A stretch of 64,000 bases of DNA from Naegleria gruberi (GCA_000004985.1 GG738883.1), one strand, 5' to 3'; shown: positions 24,345 through 36,439, counted from the first letter of the stretch. Made by a program: numbers and translations. Notes: generated by a model from the letters alone, not told the origin.

Positions 24345-26858
24345 ATGGTCAAATTCAGTATTGATGAAATCCGTAATATTATGGACAAGCAACCACAAAT
24401 CCGTAATATGTCTGTCATTGCTCACGTCGATCACGGTAAATCCACCTTGACTGACTCCTTGGTTGCTGCTGCCGGTATTATTGCTCAAGCTAATGCTGGT
24501 CAACAACGTTTCATGGATACCAGAGATGACGAACAAGATAGATGTATCACCATTAAGTCTACTTCTATCTCCCTCTACTATAAGAAGCCAGCTGAAGATG
24601 GTACTGAAACTGAATATTTGATTAACTTGATCGATTGTCCAGGTCACGTTGACTTTTCATCTGAAGTTACTGCTGCTTTGAGAGTTACTGACGGTGCTTT
24701 GGTCGTCGTTGATGCCGTTTCTGGTGTCTGTGTCCAAACTGAAACTGTCTTGAGACAAGCTTTGCAAGAAAGAATTAGACCTGTCCTCATGATGAACAAG
24801 TTGGACAGAGCTTTCCTCGAACTCCAATTGCAACCTGAAGATGCTTATACCAACTTTAACAAGGCTATTGAATCTGTTAACGTTGTCATTTCCACTTATG
24901 ATGATGGTGGTTTCGGTGATCCACAAGTTTACCCAGAAAAGGGTACCGTTGCTTTCGGTTCTGGTCTCCATTGTTGGGGTTTCACTTTGAAGAGATTCGC
25001 CAAGATGTACGCCAAGAAATTCGGTGTTGCTGAAGAAAAGTTGATGAAGAAATTCTGGGGTGATAACTTCTTTGATGCTGCTAACAAGAAATGGGTTAAG
25101 GACTCTCAAGGTGGTAAATTGGTCAGAGGTTTCTGTCAATTCGTCTTGGATCCTATTTACAAGGTTTTCCACTCTTGTATCAATGATGATAAGCCTCTCC
25201 TCGAAAAGGTCTTGCCAGTTTTGGGTATTACATTGTCTGCTGATGAAAAACAACAAAAGGATAAGAAGTTGATGAAGTGTGTTATGGCTAAATGGTTGCC
25301 AGCTGCTGAAGCTCTCTTGGAAATGATTGTCACTCACTTGCCTTCACCAAAGGTTGCTCAAGGTTACAGATATGAACATTTGTACAACGGTCCACTCGAT
25401 GATAAGTATTGTCAAGCTGTTAAGAATTGTGATCCTAATGGTCCATTGATGATGTACGTCTCTAAGATGGTTCCTACTAACGATAAGGGTAGATTCTATG
25501 CTTTCGGTAGAGTTTTCGCTGGTAAGGTTAGAACTGGTCAAAAGGCTAGACTTATGGGTCCTAACTTTGAACATGGTAAGAATACTGACTTGTTCGATGA
25601 TAAGACTATCCAAAGAACTGTCGTTATGATGGGTCGTTATACTGAATCTGTTGATGATATTCCTTGTGGTAACGTTGCTGGTTTGGTCGGTGTTGATCAA
25701 TTCTTGATCAAGACTGGTACTATCACTGATTCTGATTGTAAGGATGCTTGTCCATTCAGAGATATGAAGTACTCTGTTTCCCCTGTCGTCAGAGTTGCCG
25801 TCGAACCAAAGAATCAAGCTGATTTGCCAAAGGTTATTGAAGGTATGAAGAGATTGGCTAAGTCTGATCCTTTGGTCGTCTGTACTATCAATGAAGAATC
25901 TGGTGAAAAGATTATTGCTGGTGCCGGTGAATTGCACTTGGAAATTTGTTTGAAGGATTTGAGAGACGATTTCTGTGGTGGTATTGAATTGAAGATTTCC
26001 GACCCAGTCGTTGCTTTCAGAGAAACTGTTTCTGAAGCTTCCCCATGTGATACTTTGACTAAGTCTCCAAACAAGCACAACAGATTGTACATGAATGCTG
26101 AACCACTCCCAGAAGAAATGCAAGATGATATTGAACAAGGTAAAATTACTGCTAACGATGAAGCCAAGAAGAGAGCTAAGTACTTGCAAGACCAATACGG
26201 TTGGGATCAAGACCAAGCCAGAAAGATTTGGTCATTCGGTCCAGACCAAACTGGTCCAAACTTGATGGTTGACGTTACCAAGGCTGTCCAATATTTGAAC
26301 GAAATTAAGGACTCTGTCAACTCTGGTTTCCAAATTGCTGCTAAGGAAGGTCCACTCTGTAATGAAACATGTCGTGGTGTTAGATACAACTTGACTGATG
26401 TTACTTTGCACACTGATGCTATCCACAGAGGTGCTGGTCAAATCTTGCACACTGCCAGAAGAGGTTGTCAAGCTGCTCACTGTAACTCTGCTCCAAGAAT
26501 TTTGGAACCAATCTTTTTGGTTGAAATCCAATGTCCTGACTCTGTTTTGGGTTCAGTCTACTCTGTCATGAACAGAAGAAGAGGTACAATTGATCAAGCT
26601 ATCCAAAGACCAGGTACTCCAATGTTCAACGTTAAGGCTTACCTCCCTGTCTTGGAATCATTCAACTTCTCCACCTTCTTGAGATCTGAAACTGGTGGTG
26701 AAGCTTTCCCACAATGCGTTTTCCACCATTGGCAAATTGTTGGTGGTGATCCTTGGGATAAGACTTCAAAGATCAGAGAATTGGTTGTTGATACTCGTAA
26801 GCGTAAGGGTTTGAAGGAAGAAATTCCAACCGTCGAAGAACTCTCCGACAAGTTGTAA
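24345..26858 (+). CDS. EFT: Translation elongation factor 2 (eEF2)
   Basis: 837-aa intronless ORF: [40 protein letters not shown]..., G1-G5 GTPase motifs, and the diphthamide-region His ([12 protein letters not shown]). Confidence 0.95.
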   Translation: MVKFSIDEIRNIMDKQPQIRNMSVIAHVDHGKSTLTDSLVAAAGIIAQANAGQQRFMDTRDDEQDRCITIKSTSISLYYKKPAEDGTETEYLINLIDCPGHVDFSSEVTAALRVTDGALVVVDAVSGVCVQTETVLRQALQERIRPVLMMNKLDRAFLELQLQPEDAYTNFNKAIESVNVVISTYDDGGFGDPQVYPEKGTVAFGSGLHCWGFTLKRFAKMYAKKFGVAEEKLMKKFWGDNFFDAANKKWVKDSQGGKLVRGFCQFVLDPIYKVFHSCINDDKPLLEKVLPVLGITLSADEKQQKDKKLMKCVMAKWLPAAEALLEMIVTHLPSPKVAQGYRYEHLYNGPLDDKYCQAVKNCDPNGPLMMYVSKMVPTNDKGRFYAFGRVFAGKVRTGQKARLMGPNFEHGKNTDLFDDKTIQRTVVMMGRYTESVDDIPCGNVAGLVGVDQFLIKTGTITDSDCKDACPFRDMKYSVSPVVRVAVEPKNQADLPKVIEGMKRLAKSDPLVVCTINEESGEKIIAGAGELHLEICLKDLRDDFCGGIELKISDPVVAFRETVSEASPCDTLTKSPNKHNRLYMNAEPLPEEMQDDIEQGKITANDEAKKRAKYLQDQYGWDQDQARKIWSFGPDQTGPNLMVDVTKAVQYLNEIKDSVNSGFQIAAKEGPLCNETCRGVRYNLTDVTLHTDAIHRGAGQILHTARRGCQAAHCNSAPRILEPIFLVEIQCPDSVLGSVYSVMNRRRGTIDQAIQRPGTPMFNVKAYLPVLESFNFSTFLRSETGGEAFPQCVFHHWQIVGGDPWDKTSKIRELVVDTRKRKGLKEEIPTVEELSDKL

Positions 26859-27498
26859 ATCAACTACTCTTAATAAATAATAATTTCTTAAAATCAATGA
26901 CAAACATTTAACGATTGAAAAGTTTAAAACGCACTCATCATGTCAACTTGTTAGCGTTATCTTTACGCAGAGCATTACACTTTTTTACCAAAGACATTTT
27001 ATTGCACTCCTCAATTAATGGTATTTGTATCTTGCAATTGGTTTATTTATTTATTACAAACTAACAGATTATTCCTAATTGAATTAAGCTTTCGAATTGT
27101 TAATAAGTTAAATTTTCCTTCTCCATTGAATTATCGCCAATCTTGAAAATGTTCTGTAATATTAACTACATTTCTCGTGGTAATTCAGGGAACATGTTTT
27201 AATTCTTTCGTCATCTACCAACGATAAGCAGTCTCGAACATCAATTTTTTTACCCAATTGATTTGCCTCACTAAGAATGGACCGATACAGTAAAATGCTC
27301 AGCTAATTCAAGAGTATACTTGGAGTTGTTGAGTATGTGGATAATAAATCCAACTCTTCTTATAATCTTTGTTCGAAAGATTGAAATCTTGAAATAAGAA
27401 ATCAGTCAAGCTATGATAGACTTGAGAAATCAAAATAATTAATTACCACTTAGATTGATAATAAAACTGCACAAAAAAACTGTTAAAATCAAAATGGT

Positions 27499-27572
27499 TA
27501 CAGCGAGCGGGGCTTGAACCCGCGACCTTAAGCGTGTTAGGCTTACGATCTAACCAACTGATCTATCGCTGC
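27499..27572 (-). tRNA. tRNA-Val (anticodon AAC)
   Basis: On the minus strand: GCAGCGA-TA-GATC-AGTTGGTTA-GATC-G-TAAGC-CTAACAC-GCTTA-AGGTC-GCGGG-TTCAAGC-CCCGC-TCGCTGT-A. All stems are complementary, with a G1:U72 wobble. Confidence 0.8.
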
Positions 27573-27763
27573 TTATTTATTAAAAATAACTTCACCTTAA
27601 TCGAGCTAGTATTTGTGAGGTTTCCGTTTTATTTTATTCTATTAAATCCTAACTGAAAGAATACTTTGCGATTTATTAAGAATCAATCTGTAAAAGTAAC
27701 TCCATTTCAACACAAACATATTTCCAGAAAGAATTCTTTATCTCTTTCTCTTATTAAAAAAAA

Positions 27764-30480
27764 ATGTCGACAACAAGTCACTTCAGTGATGAAAGTCTGC
27801 ATGATGATAATTTATTTGCAGAACATCCGATGGGAATTTATGATCAAGAAGAAAATCTTTACAAACACCAGCAACAAATCTATCGACCACTGAAGAAACT
27901 TTCCTCCACACAATTATCCACAGTTTACCTTTGTGAGAATTCTAATGGAAAACTTGTTGTATTAAAAGTTGCATCCTATGAAAATGAACAAGATACCATC
28001 GAGTGGAATCCGAAATTAGTTGAAGAATCGAATAGACTACATACACAATATCTACTTTATATTCTGGATGTTTTTACAGTGGAAAAAACCAATGGGAAAT
28101 ATTTGTGTGTAGTTTCCGAATATTGTGAGAATGGGAGTTTAGCAACAAGTATTGATGCTTTGCGTAAATCAATGAATGTTTCGTTATTCCTTCAGATATT
28201 ATTTCAAATGTTGCGTGCTTTGGATGCTCTTCATTTTGGTCTGTTTGTTCATGCTGATGTGAAGTTGGATAATATATTTGTGAGGAAATTTGATAGAAAT
28301 AGAGTATTTGTGGTATTGGGAGATTTGGGTTTAAGTTCCAAGATGGATTTTACTGAGGAGGAATTGTCTCAAAATTGTATTGATGTAGATAATGAACTGA
28401 CAACAGTCACTACAGGAGAAATTGGAACCTTTTCGTATAGAGATCCAATAATAATGAAACGAAGAAAAGTGTATTTCAAAAGTGATATTTGGAGTTTAGG
28501 TATGTTTCTCTTTTTTCTATTTGAGAATTGAACCTAATTTCTAAAGGAATAACTTTATTGAAATTGATATCAAGAGACGAAATGCCCAATTTTGAATCGA
28601 CAACAACAGAAGAAAGACTCAACACCATTCGACAAATATTTTCCCATTTTGAGACTGAAAAAAAAGAATGGGAAGTTTGTCAGAATATTATTGAACGAAT
28701 GTTAGTGGAAGATGTTACAGAGAGAGCAACTATTTCAGAAATTCGTTTAATGATTTATTCTACAACTATTGATGACTCATCATTTGAAAACAATTACCAA
28801 CATTTAAGGGAGGAATTCAAATACAACAGATCTGTAATTATTAGCTGTCTAAATGCAAAGGGAAGCATTTTACAACATGTACCTGATGCATTTCATTTCA
28901 ACAGAAAAATTGTAATGGAAGCAATTCACAATAATCCAAGCGCTTACCAATACATCAAAGGATACTTGAAATACCAACCATATATTGTAAACGCAGTTAT
29001 AGAAAGAGATCCATCTGTTCAAGTACCAGTTCATTTGGTAAAAGCTCCTTCACATTACGTTGCTAATAGCATTATCATTGAGCTTTCGGAACAAGAGAAG
29101 AATGACAAAGGGTTATTTATGGAAATTCTTGAAAGAGATGGTACGAGTTTAAAAGATGCCTCTTGGGAATTGAAAAATGATAGAGATTGTGTTATAAAAA
29201 GCGTAACACAGAGAGGAATTTCATTACAGTTTGCCTCAACTGATTTACGAAATGATGGAGAAATTGTGAGAATAGCTATTTCACAAAATGGAATGGCCTT
29301 AGAGTACGCTCATCCATTATTAAGACAAAGAGAAGATATTGTGATGAAAGCTGTTTCACAAAATGGATTGGCACTTCAATTTGCTTCAATAGAAATGAGA
29401 AATAATCAAAGAGTTGTGGAAAGGGCTGTATTGTCTGAATATACAGGCCAATTATTGTTTCTGATTGGTGAGGAATTGAGAAGTGACGTATCGTTCATGG
29501 TAAGATTGCTTAGTCTTAATCAGTTATTGTTTTTTCAATATTTGTTTTCTTTTGGAGAAGAATCTTTCAGAAATCTATGTGATGAGTATCAACATGAGGA
29601 TCAGTTTATTTGGTGTCTCAATGGATTGTTCGGCATTTTCGAAGATAACATTAATGGAGCACTGAAATATTTTCAACTTGCTGCAGAAAAAGACAATGCG
29701 TCTGCTGAACACTTCCTCGGTATAATGTACCATAAAGGACAAGTTGTGGAACAGGATTTTTGTAAGGCTTTTGAATGGTTTGGTAAATCAGCTGAAAAAG
29801 GATATCCAGAAGCTCAATTCTCGATTGGGTTAATGTATTATCACGGAGAATATGTTTCAAAAAATAAGGAAAGAGAATTTTATTGGATTTATAGAGCTGC
29901 TGAGCAAGGACATGTTAAGGCTGAAAGTTCTATTGCTTGTCTTTATTATGCTCAGGAAGAATATTCCAAATCATTTGAGTGGTATTTGAAAGCAGCTGAA
30001 AAAGGAGATTCAGATTCTCAATTTGAAATAGGTTCACTGTATCACAAAGGATTGGGAATACCAAAAGATTTTACAAATGCCTTTAGTTGGTATTCGAAAG
30101 CTGCAGAACATGGTCATTCGAAAGCTCAAAATAATATTGGAGTATTGTATCAAACAGGACAAGGTATTCCACAAAATTATTCCAAAGCACTTGAATGGTT
30201 CATGAAATCAGCTGAGAATAATGATACAGATGCCATGAATTTTATTGGACTGATATATCAAGAAGGCCAAGGAGTTCCACAAGACAACATCACAGCATTC
30301 GAATGGTTTCTAAAAGCAGCCGAATGTGGCAATGTACAATCTCAAATACTTGTCGCTACCATGTATCATCATGGTATTGGAGTGGAGCAAAACTTGTATG
30401 ATGCACTGAAATGGTATGAAAAAGCTGCAGGAGGAACTCAGAATAATTCAAAAGCTGATTCCAAAGAAATTGAGAATTGA
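27764..30480 (+). CDS. Atypical protein-kinase-domain protein fused to ~38-aa tandem repeats and C-terminal Sel1 repeats
   Basis: Exon 1 27764..28499 and exon 2 28547..30480 (intron GTATGT...AAAG). Kinase-like motifs include VVLKV, HADVKLDNIF (HRD becomes HAD), DLG (in place of DFG) and GTFSYRDP. Four or more repeats of the type EIVRIAISQNGMALEYAHPLLRQRED. Seven or more Sel1 repeats (e.g. AEHFLGIMYHKGQVVEQDFCKAFEWFGKSAEKG). Confidence 0.65.
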
Positions 30481-31026
30481 GAATTGATTACAACAAATAC
30501 TTCATTCAGAATAATTATATTTTAATTGTTCAAAGATTTATTGAATATAATTATCACAGTAGTTGGTTTTTACTCTTGTAGTATGGCGTGTAATTATCAA
30601 TCAGAATTATTTCCTCAATTACATTGTTGCAACTCCACCACACCCAATGCTCTTCCTCCAATGTTGTTGATCCATTTGTCAATTACAGAACATGCACCCT
30701 TATTTTCTCGAGAAAACTTCAATAATTTAAGGATTCTTTGCCAATGTTGTGTTAGAAGTACCACCTGCTGGAGCACATGATAACTGAAATTAAGTAATGG
30801 ATCATGTTAAGAGAAATTATTGATTATCAAACATAAACTTGAAATATTCAAATTCCAATAACAGTTTATTAAAAATCTTGCAATTAAATATCTGTGAAAT
30901 AAATATTGCTGACAGGACCTAATATTGGCTGACGTCAAAAGTCACCACACAAAATTCGCTTCAAAAAAAATTAACCATCAACTCAACGACGATATCATCT
31001 CTGGCTACTAGTAGTAATATAATTAA

Positions 31027-32487
31027 ATGATATCAAAATTTAGTATTCGAAATATAGCCATATTTATCTGTGGTGCATTATTATATGGTTTAATAACTGT
31101 ATTTTTATATCGTGCTGTATTTAATTCTAATAGTATTAGTGGAAATAAACTTTCTAATAGTGAAACTTCATCAGGTAGTGGAAAACATCATCATACAAAT
31201 AATAATCAACATAAACAACAAGAACAAACAACAATTAATGAAATTAAAAATCCTTTCGAATACTTTTTACCCACCAAAGATTCTATTAAAATGATGTCAA
31301 TTCCGCACAAGGATTCACAACCAAGTCTTGAAGAAATGAAATCAACACAATCAAATCAATGTGGTTCAACAGTTGGTAATACAGTTCCTGGAAGAGGGAA
31401 GAGAAGTGAAAATTTTGATTGGCCAAATTTTTCACCATCAAGTTTTAATATTGAAACTGATTTTAGAAAGTGGAAGAATGAAAGTATTGAATATTGGAAG
31501 AAGGTTTCTAGTAATTTGAATGGAGATTTATTGAATGATGAAAAATTAAAGATGAATGAAATGGGATTAACTTTAAATTCTCATTTGAAACCTAAAGATG
31601 GACATTTACCTATTTGGTTGAGAGTATTTAAGAGAAGAACACCACTTGATATTTCACTAGCAGCCATTTGTAAGATTGATGATATTTCTGATACAATTTT
31701 ATATGTTACTGTTGATGGTGGTGATTTTGATCCAGTTTTTGAAGAATTGGAGAAGGTTACTTGCGTGAAAGTTAAAATTTATTTCCATCCAATTTTGAGT
31801 GATTTGAAAAATTTAGGTTTAGGTGAAAGAAATTTAGACAATTCACTCACTCTAAATTCACATTACGTTTATGGAATGTATCTACTCACTCAGAAACTTA
31901 ATTATCCCTATGTGATTACAATTGAAGATGATTTGGAAGCTAGTCCTGATTTTTACAGATATCACTACAGTTTATATCATTTAGTTTATGGAAAGAATGC
32001 AACCTATTATGATAGTAAGAAAATATTTGCAATTGCTGCCTTTGCACATGGTCCACACATTGATTGTAATTTCATTGTTGCAAAACTCTCAAATGATTAT
32101 ACATCAAAATGTGGAATGGCCTCTGTTCATCAATTAATTGAAGAGAATTATTTTCCAGGATGGGGAAGTGGTATTGCTAAAGAGATTTTCCTTGAATATT
32201 GGAGGGATTGGAGATTTAATGGTTATATTTATGATTATGGTTTATCACAACTCAGAACAGGAGATTCAGGATCACCTCGTTATACACTTGTTCCTTGCTC
32301 AACTCGTGTAAGAACCATTGCAAATAATGGAGTGAATGGAGGAAACTCTGGGGGCTGGGGTACACAAATTCATCATTTCCCAAGTTGGAATCAAAAACCA
32401 TCAGATAGAGTGTACTATGTCGATAGGAGAGATGGTGTTGTACATGCTGATGTTAAAGGAAAAATAATGTACAATAAGCTTGTTTAA
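31027..32487 (+). CDS. Type II membrane glycosyltransferase, GT13 (GnT-I/MGAT1- or POMGNT1-like)
   Basis: N-terminal signal anchor (IAIFICGALLYGLITVFLY). Catalytic region with the E-D-D motif in GnT-I context (ITIEDDLEASPDFYRYHYSLYHL...IFAIAAFAHGP). 486 aa, single exon. Confidence 0.5.
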   Translation: MISKFSIRNIAIFICGALLYGLITVFLYRAVFNSNSISGNKLSNSETSSGSGKHHHTNNNQHKQQEQTTINEIKNPFEYFLPTKDSIKMMSIPHKDSQPSLEEMKSTQSNQCGSTVGNTVPGRGKRSENFDWPNFSPSSFNIETDFRKWKNESIEYWKKVSSNLNGDLLNDEKLKMNEMGLTLNSHLKPKDGHLPIWLRVFKRRTPLDISLAAICKIDDISDTILYVTVDGGDFDPVFEELEKVTCVKVKIYFHPILSDLKNLGLGERNLDNSLTLNSHYVYGMYLLTQKLNYPYVITIEDDLEASPDFYRYHYSLYHLVYGKNATYYDSKKIFAIAAFAHGPHIDCNFIVAKLSNDYTSKCGMASVHQLIEENYFPGWGSGIAKEIFLEYWRDWRFNGYIYDYGLSQLRTGDSGSPRYTLVPCSTRVRTIANNGVNGGNSGGWGTQIHHFPSWNQKPSDRVYYVDRRDGVVHADVKGKIMYNKLV

Positions 32488-32810
32488 AAAAAGAAAACCA
32501 TTTTTAATACTCTAGTTTACAATCATTATCAATTAAGTTTACATAATCTCCCAAAGGCAAACTTGCCATTCCAATAGATAAAAAGCTAACGCAACCAATT
32601 ATTTTCAAAATAATGAATGAGAATTGATTAATTTTATCATATTGTTAATGGACAAATGGAAAGGTTTAAGTATTTAGAAATAATAGTTGGTTAAAACTTG
32701 GTCATTATTTCCAAATAATATTAGCCAGTCCATTCTAGGATAATCTCATAAATCATGAACTCTAAATGGTTATCAAACCAAACACTTTGAATGATTTGTC
32801 ATTGAAATAA

Positions 32811-32942
32811 AACCTGACAAAAGTGTAAAATGTTTACAGCGAGCGGGAAGGGAAAGGGAAACCTGACAAAAGTGTAAAATGTTTACAGCGAGTCTTCTTA
32901 AGCGTGTTAGGCTTACGATCTAACCAACTGATCTATCGCTGC
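32811..32942 (-). pseudogene. Truncated, internally duplicated tRNA-Val(AAC)-derived copy
   Basis: Positions 32893..32942 are identical to the acceptor, D and anticodon arms of the tRNA-Val at 27499..27572. The T-arm is replaced by TCTTC. A 33-nt direct repeat (AACCTGACAAAAGTGTAAAATGTTTACAGCGAG) at 32811..32843 and 32860..32892 is separated by a GGGAA-type spacer. Confidence 0.6.
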
Positions 32943-32951
32943 TTACCACAA

Positions 32952-33416
32952 CTACACTTCCGCTTGATTTTTCTCATATTCTTTACATTTCATACAATTT
33001 CGTATTAGTCTTGTTTTTTGATTAATATAGAAACCTTTCAGAAAGTAAAGTTCTAAATCTGAACTTGAAATCATACCAAACGATGAAAATGATTCCTTGA
33101 ATAATTCAAAGGCTTGTGATAAACATGTCTCAGTAAGCTCTGCTTTTACTGCAAATCTTAATAGTTTTTTCATTAATTCATCAAGTTTCGTATTATTAAC
33201 AACCTTTTCAATACTGTGGTTGCTTAAAATATCTTCATCTTTTCTAGAACAACAATCATTATCTTGATAATAATCTCTTAAACATTGATACTCTTCCTCA
33301 CCAAATATATTTCTTTGAAATGATGATTCATTGGGTTCATTAAGGGAGGTATTATCTATATTGCTATCGGAGTTGACAAGAAAATCGCCATTTCCAGTAT
33401 CAACATAATCATACAC
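32952..33416 (-). CDS. Hypothetical 154-aa protein (acidic N-terminus, Cys-containing C-terminus)
   Basis: ORF only. An upstream exon is possible via the GTAAGT donor at ~33640. No family recognised. Confidence 0.2.
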   Translation of the reverse strand: MYDYVDTGNGDFLVNSDSNIDNTSLNEPNESSFQRNIFGEEEYQCLRDYYQDNDCCSRKDEDILSNHSIEKVVNNTKLDELMKKLLRFAVKAELTETCLSQAFELFKESFSSFGMISSSDLELYFLKGFYINQKTRLIRNCMKCKEYEKNQAEV

Positions 33417-34524
33417 CTTTGAATAAAATCACTTTCAACATTTTGCTCCATGTTTCCAATAACAGAAGTTTCGAATGAAGTAACTTTGTTGTGAGGAAAA
33501 ACTTCAGTATGAGACTGTTAAAACAATCTGGACGTCCAGATTTTTGTCCATAACAAATATTTCTGTTTGAAAATGTTAATAATACTAAATATGTCACAAG
33601 ATGACACTTCCTGCATCCATAGAAGGATCACTTACCAAGATCGATCCGAATAGAAGTTTAGAATAAGGGAACGATATAAATGAATTACTTTAAGAATATT
33701 TTGGTCTGTTAAGGTTATGATTAAAGGAATATATTGATGGTAAAACTGATTGCATAACCTTCTTTGGGGATTCTTTAAGCCCTTTTGGAACACACATTCT
33801 TTCTATCAAGTTTCGTTCAATTTTACAGAAATGAAACCCCATTAAAGAAAAAAACAATCCAGCAAGCCAACTCCCTCTCTAATATGTTACTATGATTCTA
33901 TGCATGTATTGTATGAAAGAATATTGCAGGATATGATGATTGGGAGAAATTCGATCTCCTCTTCCTTAAACAAAAATGTCCTTCATTTCTTCACAAACAT
34001 CCTAGAAAAACAACTAATGGACAAACAATGAATAGTTTGAAAGCCATTGAAGTATATATGATAACTCATCATCCCAGAAGATTTGAATGAATCTGTTGAG
34101 CTTCTGCAGGTGTTAACGATTATCAAGATATTGTCTCCATAAAGAAGCAACTCCAAATTTTAATATTTGCACTGAACTTGTTACGTGCTGTAATTATACG
34201 GCCCTTTGGCAATGAATTCGTGGATTCTGCCTGCAAAAACATACGTCTATTCCAATTCAGCAAGATGTTCCATTATGTACTGATACAGTAAAGTTTATGC
34301 CAGTTCATTACAACACAATACATTTAATACAATGACTATATTAATTTCTTGACTTTGCGAAATTTCACATGTTCCAGCGCAAAAATCCATTTGTGAAAAG
34401 GGTTTAGCGGGTTTGCTTGGTTCAAACATTGGCAAAAAAGATTTGGCGCAAAGAGCGGTGGACAATTTGTAGATTCTTGAATGGATGTAGCCATGTCAAC
34501 TCTTGATTTGTAGTACAAGAAAAA

Positions 34525-35766
34525 ATGAAACAAGCAATCATGACTCTCAAGTTTACAAGTTTCCTTATTGCCTCAATAAGCATGTTGTTTATATATCTCT
34601 CTGTATGTCAAGTTGTTGATGCAGCAACGTGTACCAATAGTCAAGGATGTGGCGTAAGGGCATTCCTTGCAGATCTTCAACAAGAGGTTTCTCAATTAGA
34701 TTGTATCAGCAGCAAGTTGAATAATAGCATTGCAATTTTGATGTCTACAAATTCCTCAGCATTAAATTCTCAGATCAAGACCAGAGTCAAGCAATTGAAC
34801 AAGATTGAGGCTGCTAAAAAGATGTTGTCCTTAGAAATAGCTCCATTGAATGATCAATGCAACAAACAAGACGGAGACAATTGTGACTTGGCATGTTTTG
34901 GACTCGCTCCTTCCAAATATCCTTCAACAGTTTGTTCTGGTCATGGAGTATGTTCTTCTCTTGATGTCTGTTCATGTTATCCAGGATGGTCAGGTAGTAA
35001 TTGTTCTCTCGCTTCATGTAATGGAATTTTAGCAACCAATACAAGCTCTGTTTGTAATGGTCGTGGCACATGTGTTTCCAACAATACTTGTGTTTGTAAT
35101 AGTGGAGTGTATGGTCCTTACTGTGAACCAATCATTATTACTGGAGATGATACAACAGGCAGAAGAATGGCCAATGGTGTGGCCAAGGCAAGTTGTTTGG
35201 AATTTTATCAAGCTTATCCATATGCAGAATCTGGTTTTTACTACATCAAGCCACAAACTACTGAAGTATTAGTGTATTGTAATATGACTATGAGTGGTGG
35301 AGGTTTCACATTTGTTCGTCGTGTTGCAGCTGCAGGTTGGTGGCCTTTGAATGATAATTTTGGTGGAAGCGGTTCTGGAATTTATAATCCAAGATCATTA
35401 TCAGCTGCTGGTGTTACATTTGGTCTCGATTATTCCAACATTCCTAGAACTCAAGTATTAATTACAACAGGTGATGGTGTGCATTGGATTCTAGTTAATT
35501 TGGATCAACTCACTTCTGGATATGGTGGGAATGATTGTACAGCCACAATTACTCTATTAGCAAGTTCTATCAGTCCAAATACTCCTTATTCTGTACAAGT
35601 TTGCAAGAGAGGAAACTTTAATGAAGACCCATGGTTGACAACTCATAATCATTTTTACATGACAACAGATAGTGAAAGTCACAGTATGTTGTGGGGTGAA
35701 TCAAGTAATACCTATTGGCCATATTGGAAGACTAGTCATGGTGGTATCAATGTGTTTATTAGATAA
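34525..35766 (+). CDS. Secreted protein with tenascin-type EGF repeats and a fibrinogen C-terminal-like (FReD-like) domain
   Basis: Signal peptide FTSFLIASISMLFIYLSVCQVVDA. EGF-like Cys spacing (CSGHGVCSSLDVCSCYPGWSGSNCSLASC; CNGRGTCVSNNTCVCNSGVYGPYCE). Then ASCLEFYQAYPYAESGFYYIKPQTTEVLVYCNMTMSGGGFTFVRR, which resembles the FReD core SGxYxIxP...VYCDM..GGGWTVxQRR. Confidence 0.55.
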   Translation: MKQAIMTLKFTSFLIASISMLFIYLSVCQVVDAATCTNSQGCGVRAFLADLQQEVSQLDCISSKLNNSIAILMSTNSSALNSQIKTRVKQLNKIEAAKKMLSLEIAPLNDQCNKQDGDNCDLACFGLAPSKYPSTVCSGHGVCSSLDVCSCYPGWSGSNCSLASCNGILATNTSSVCNGRGTCVSNNTCVCNSGVYGPYCEPIIITGDDTTGRRMANGVAKASCLEFYQAYPYAESGFYYIKPQTTEVLVYCNMTMSGGGFTFVRRVAAAGWWPLNDNFGGSGSGIYNPRSLSAAGVTFGLDYSNIPRTQVLITTGDGVHWILVNLDQLTSGYGGNDCTATITLLASSISPNTPYSVQVCKRGNFNEDPWLTTHNHFYMTTDSESHSMLWGESSNTYWPYWKTSHGGINVFIR

Positions 35767-36271
35767 GTTGGTTCAATAAACTTGAAAATTACAATTGTTT
35801 TTAACTAGAACATATAATATGAATAATGACTTGTTGACATGTTCCCAAATACTTAAATCTTTAATTTTGAAGAATTTTTTTGTCTTTGGATTATTATTCT
35901 GAAACTTCACTCAAGAATTATTGGGACAGAGACTTTAAAAAACATTTTGAAGATCAATCCATGTCTAACAATACAATAAGAGCAAAGAAACGAGCTTTGG
36001 TTGAGGCATTTTCATCGTCCTCAAATTCAGAACCTGAAGAAACACCAAACAATACTCAAAATGTGAATTCATCTGTAATTATTACTACAGATGAACTGAA
36101 CAATCTTAGTCCCAAAAAACCCTCCCAAACTCCCATGAAATCCTCAGCCATTCTTCAGAATAAGATGTAGGTCAATGATACAAAAGTTAAATGAAACATG
36201 TTCATAACATGATTTTGCTATTTGATTCCAATTTTTTGTTCGATTGAGATATTTTAAGAACAATAATGTAA

Positions 36272-36342
36272 CGACCTATGGTGCAGAGGGAGCATATTGG
36301 ACTCTGAATCCAAGGACGCAGGTTCGATTCCTGCTAGGTCGG
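36272..36342 (+). tRNA. tRNA-Gln (anticodon CTG)
   Basis: CGACCTA-TG-GTG-CAGAGGGAG-CAT-A-TTGGA-CTCTGAA-TCCAA-GGAC-GCAGG-TTCGATT-CCTGC-TAGGTCG-G. The anticodon loop CTCTGAA is identical to eukaryotic tRNA-Gln(CUG). It is followed by a T-rich Pol III terminator (TCATTTTTGTTTTTT). Confidence 0.8.
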
Positions 36343-36439
36343 TCATTTTTGTTTTTTAATATTTATTTCACTGGGAAATCTTACTAGTACGTCCTGATGT
36401 TTTGGTTGTCACCGGAAAAGAATGTTAATAACAAAGCGG

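Noticed and set aside
24657-26531. Several 60-290-aa minus-strand ORFs inside eEF2
   Set aside because: They lie entirely antisense to a highly conserved gene, and their peptides are low-complexity. These are spurious ORFs.
35880-36170. 96-aa ORF between the EGF-FReD gene and tRNA-Gln
   Set aside because: No motifs, low complexity, and short. It cannot be distinguished from a chance ORF without expression data.
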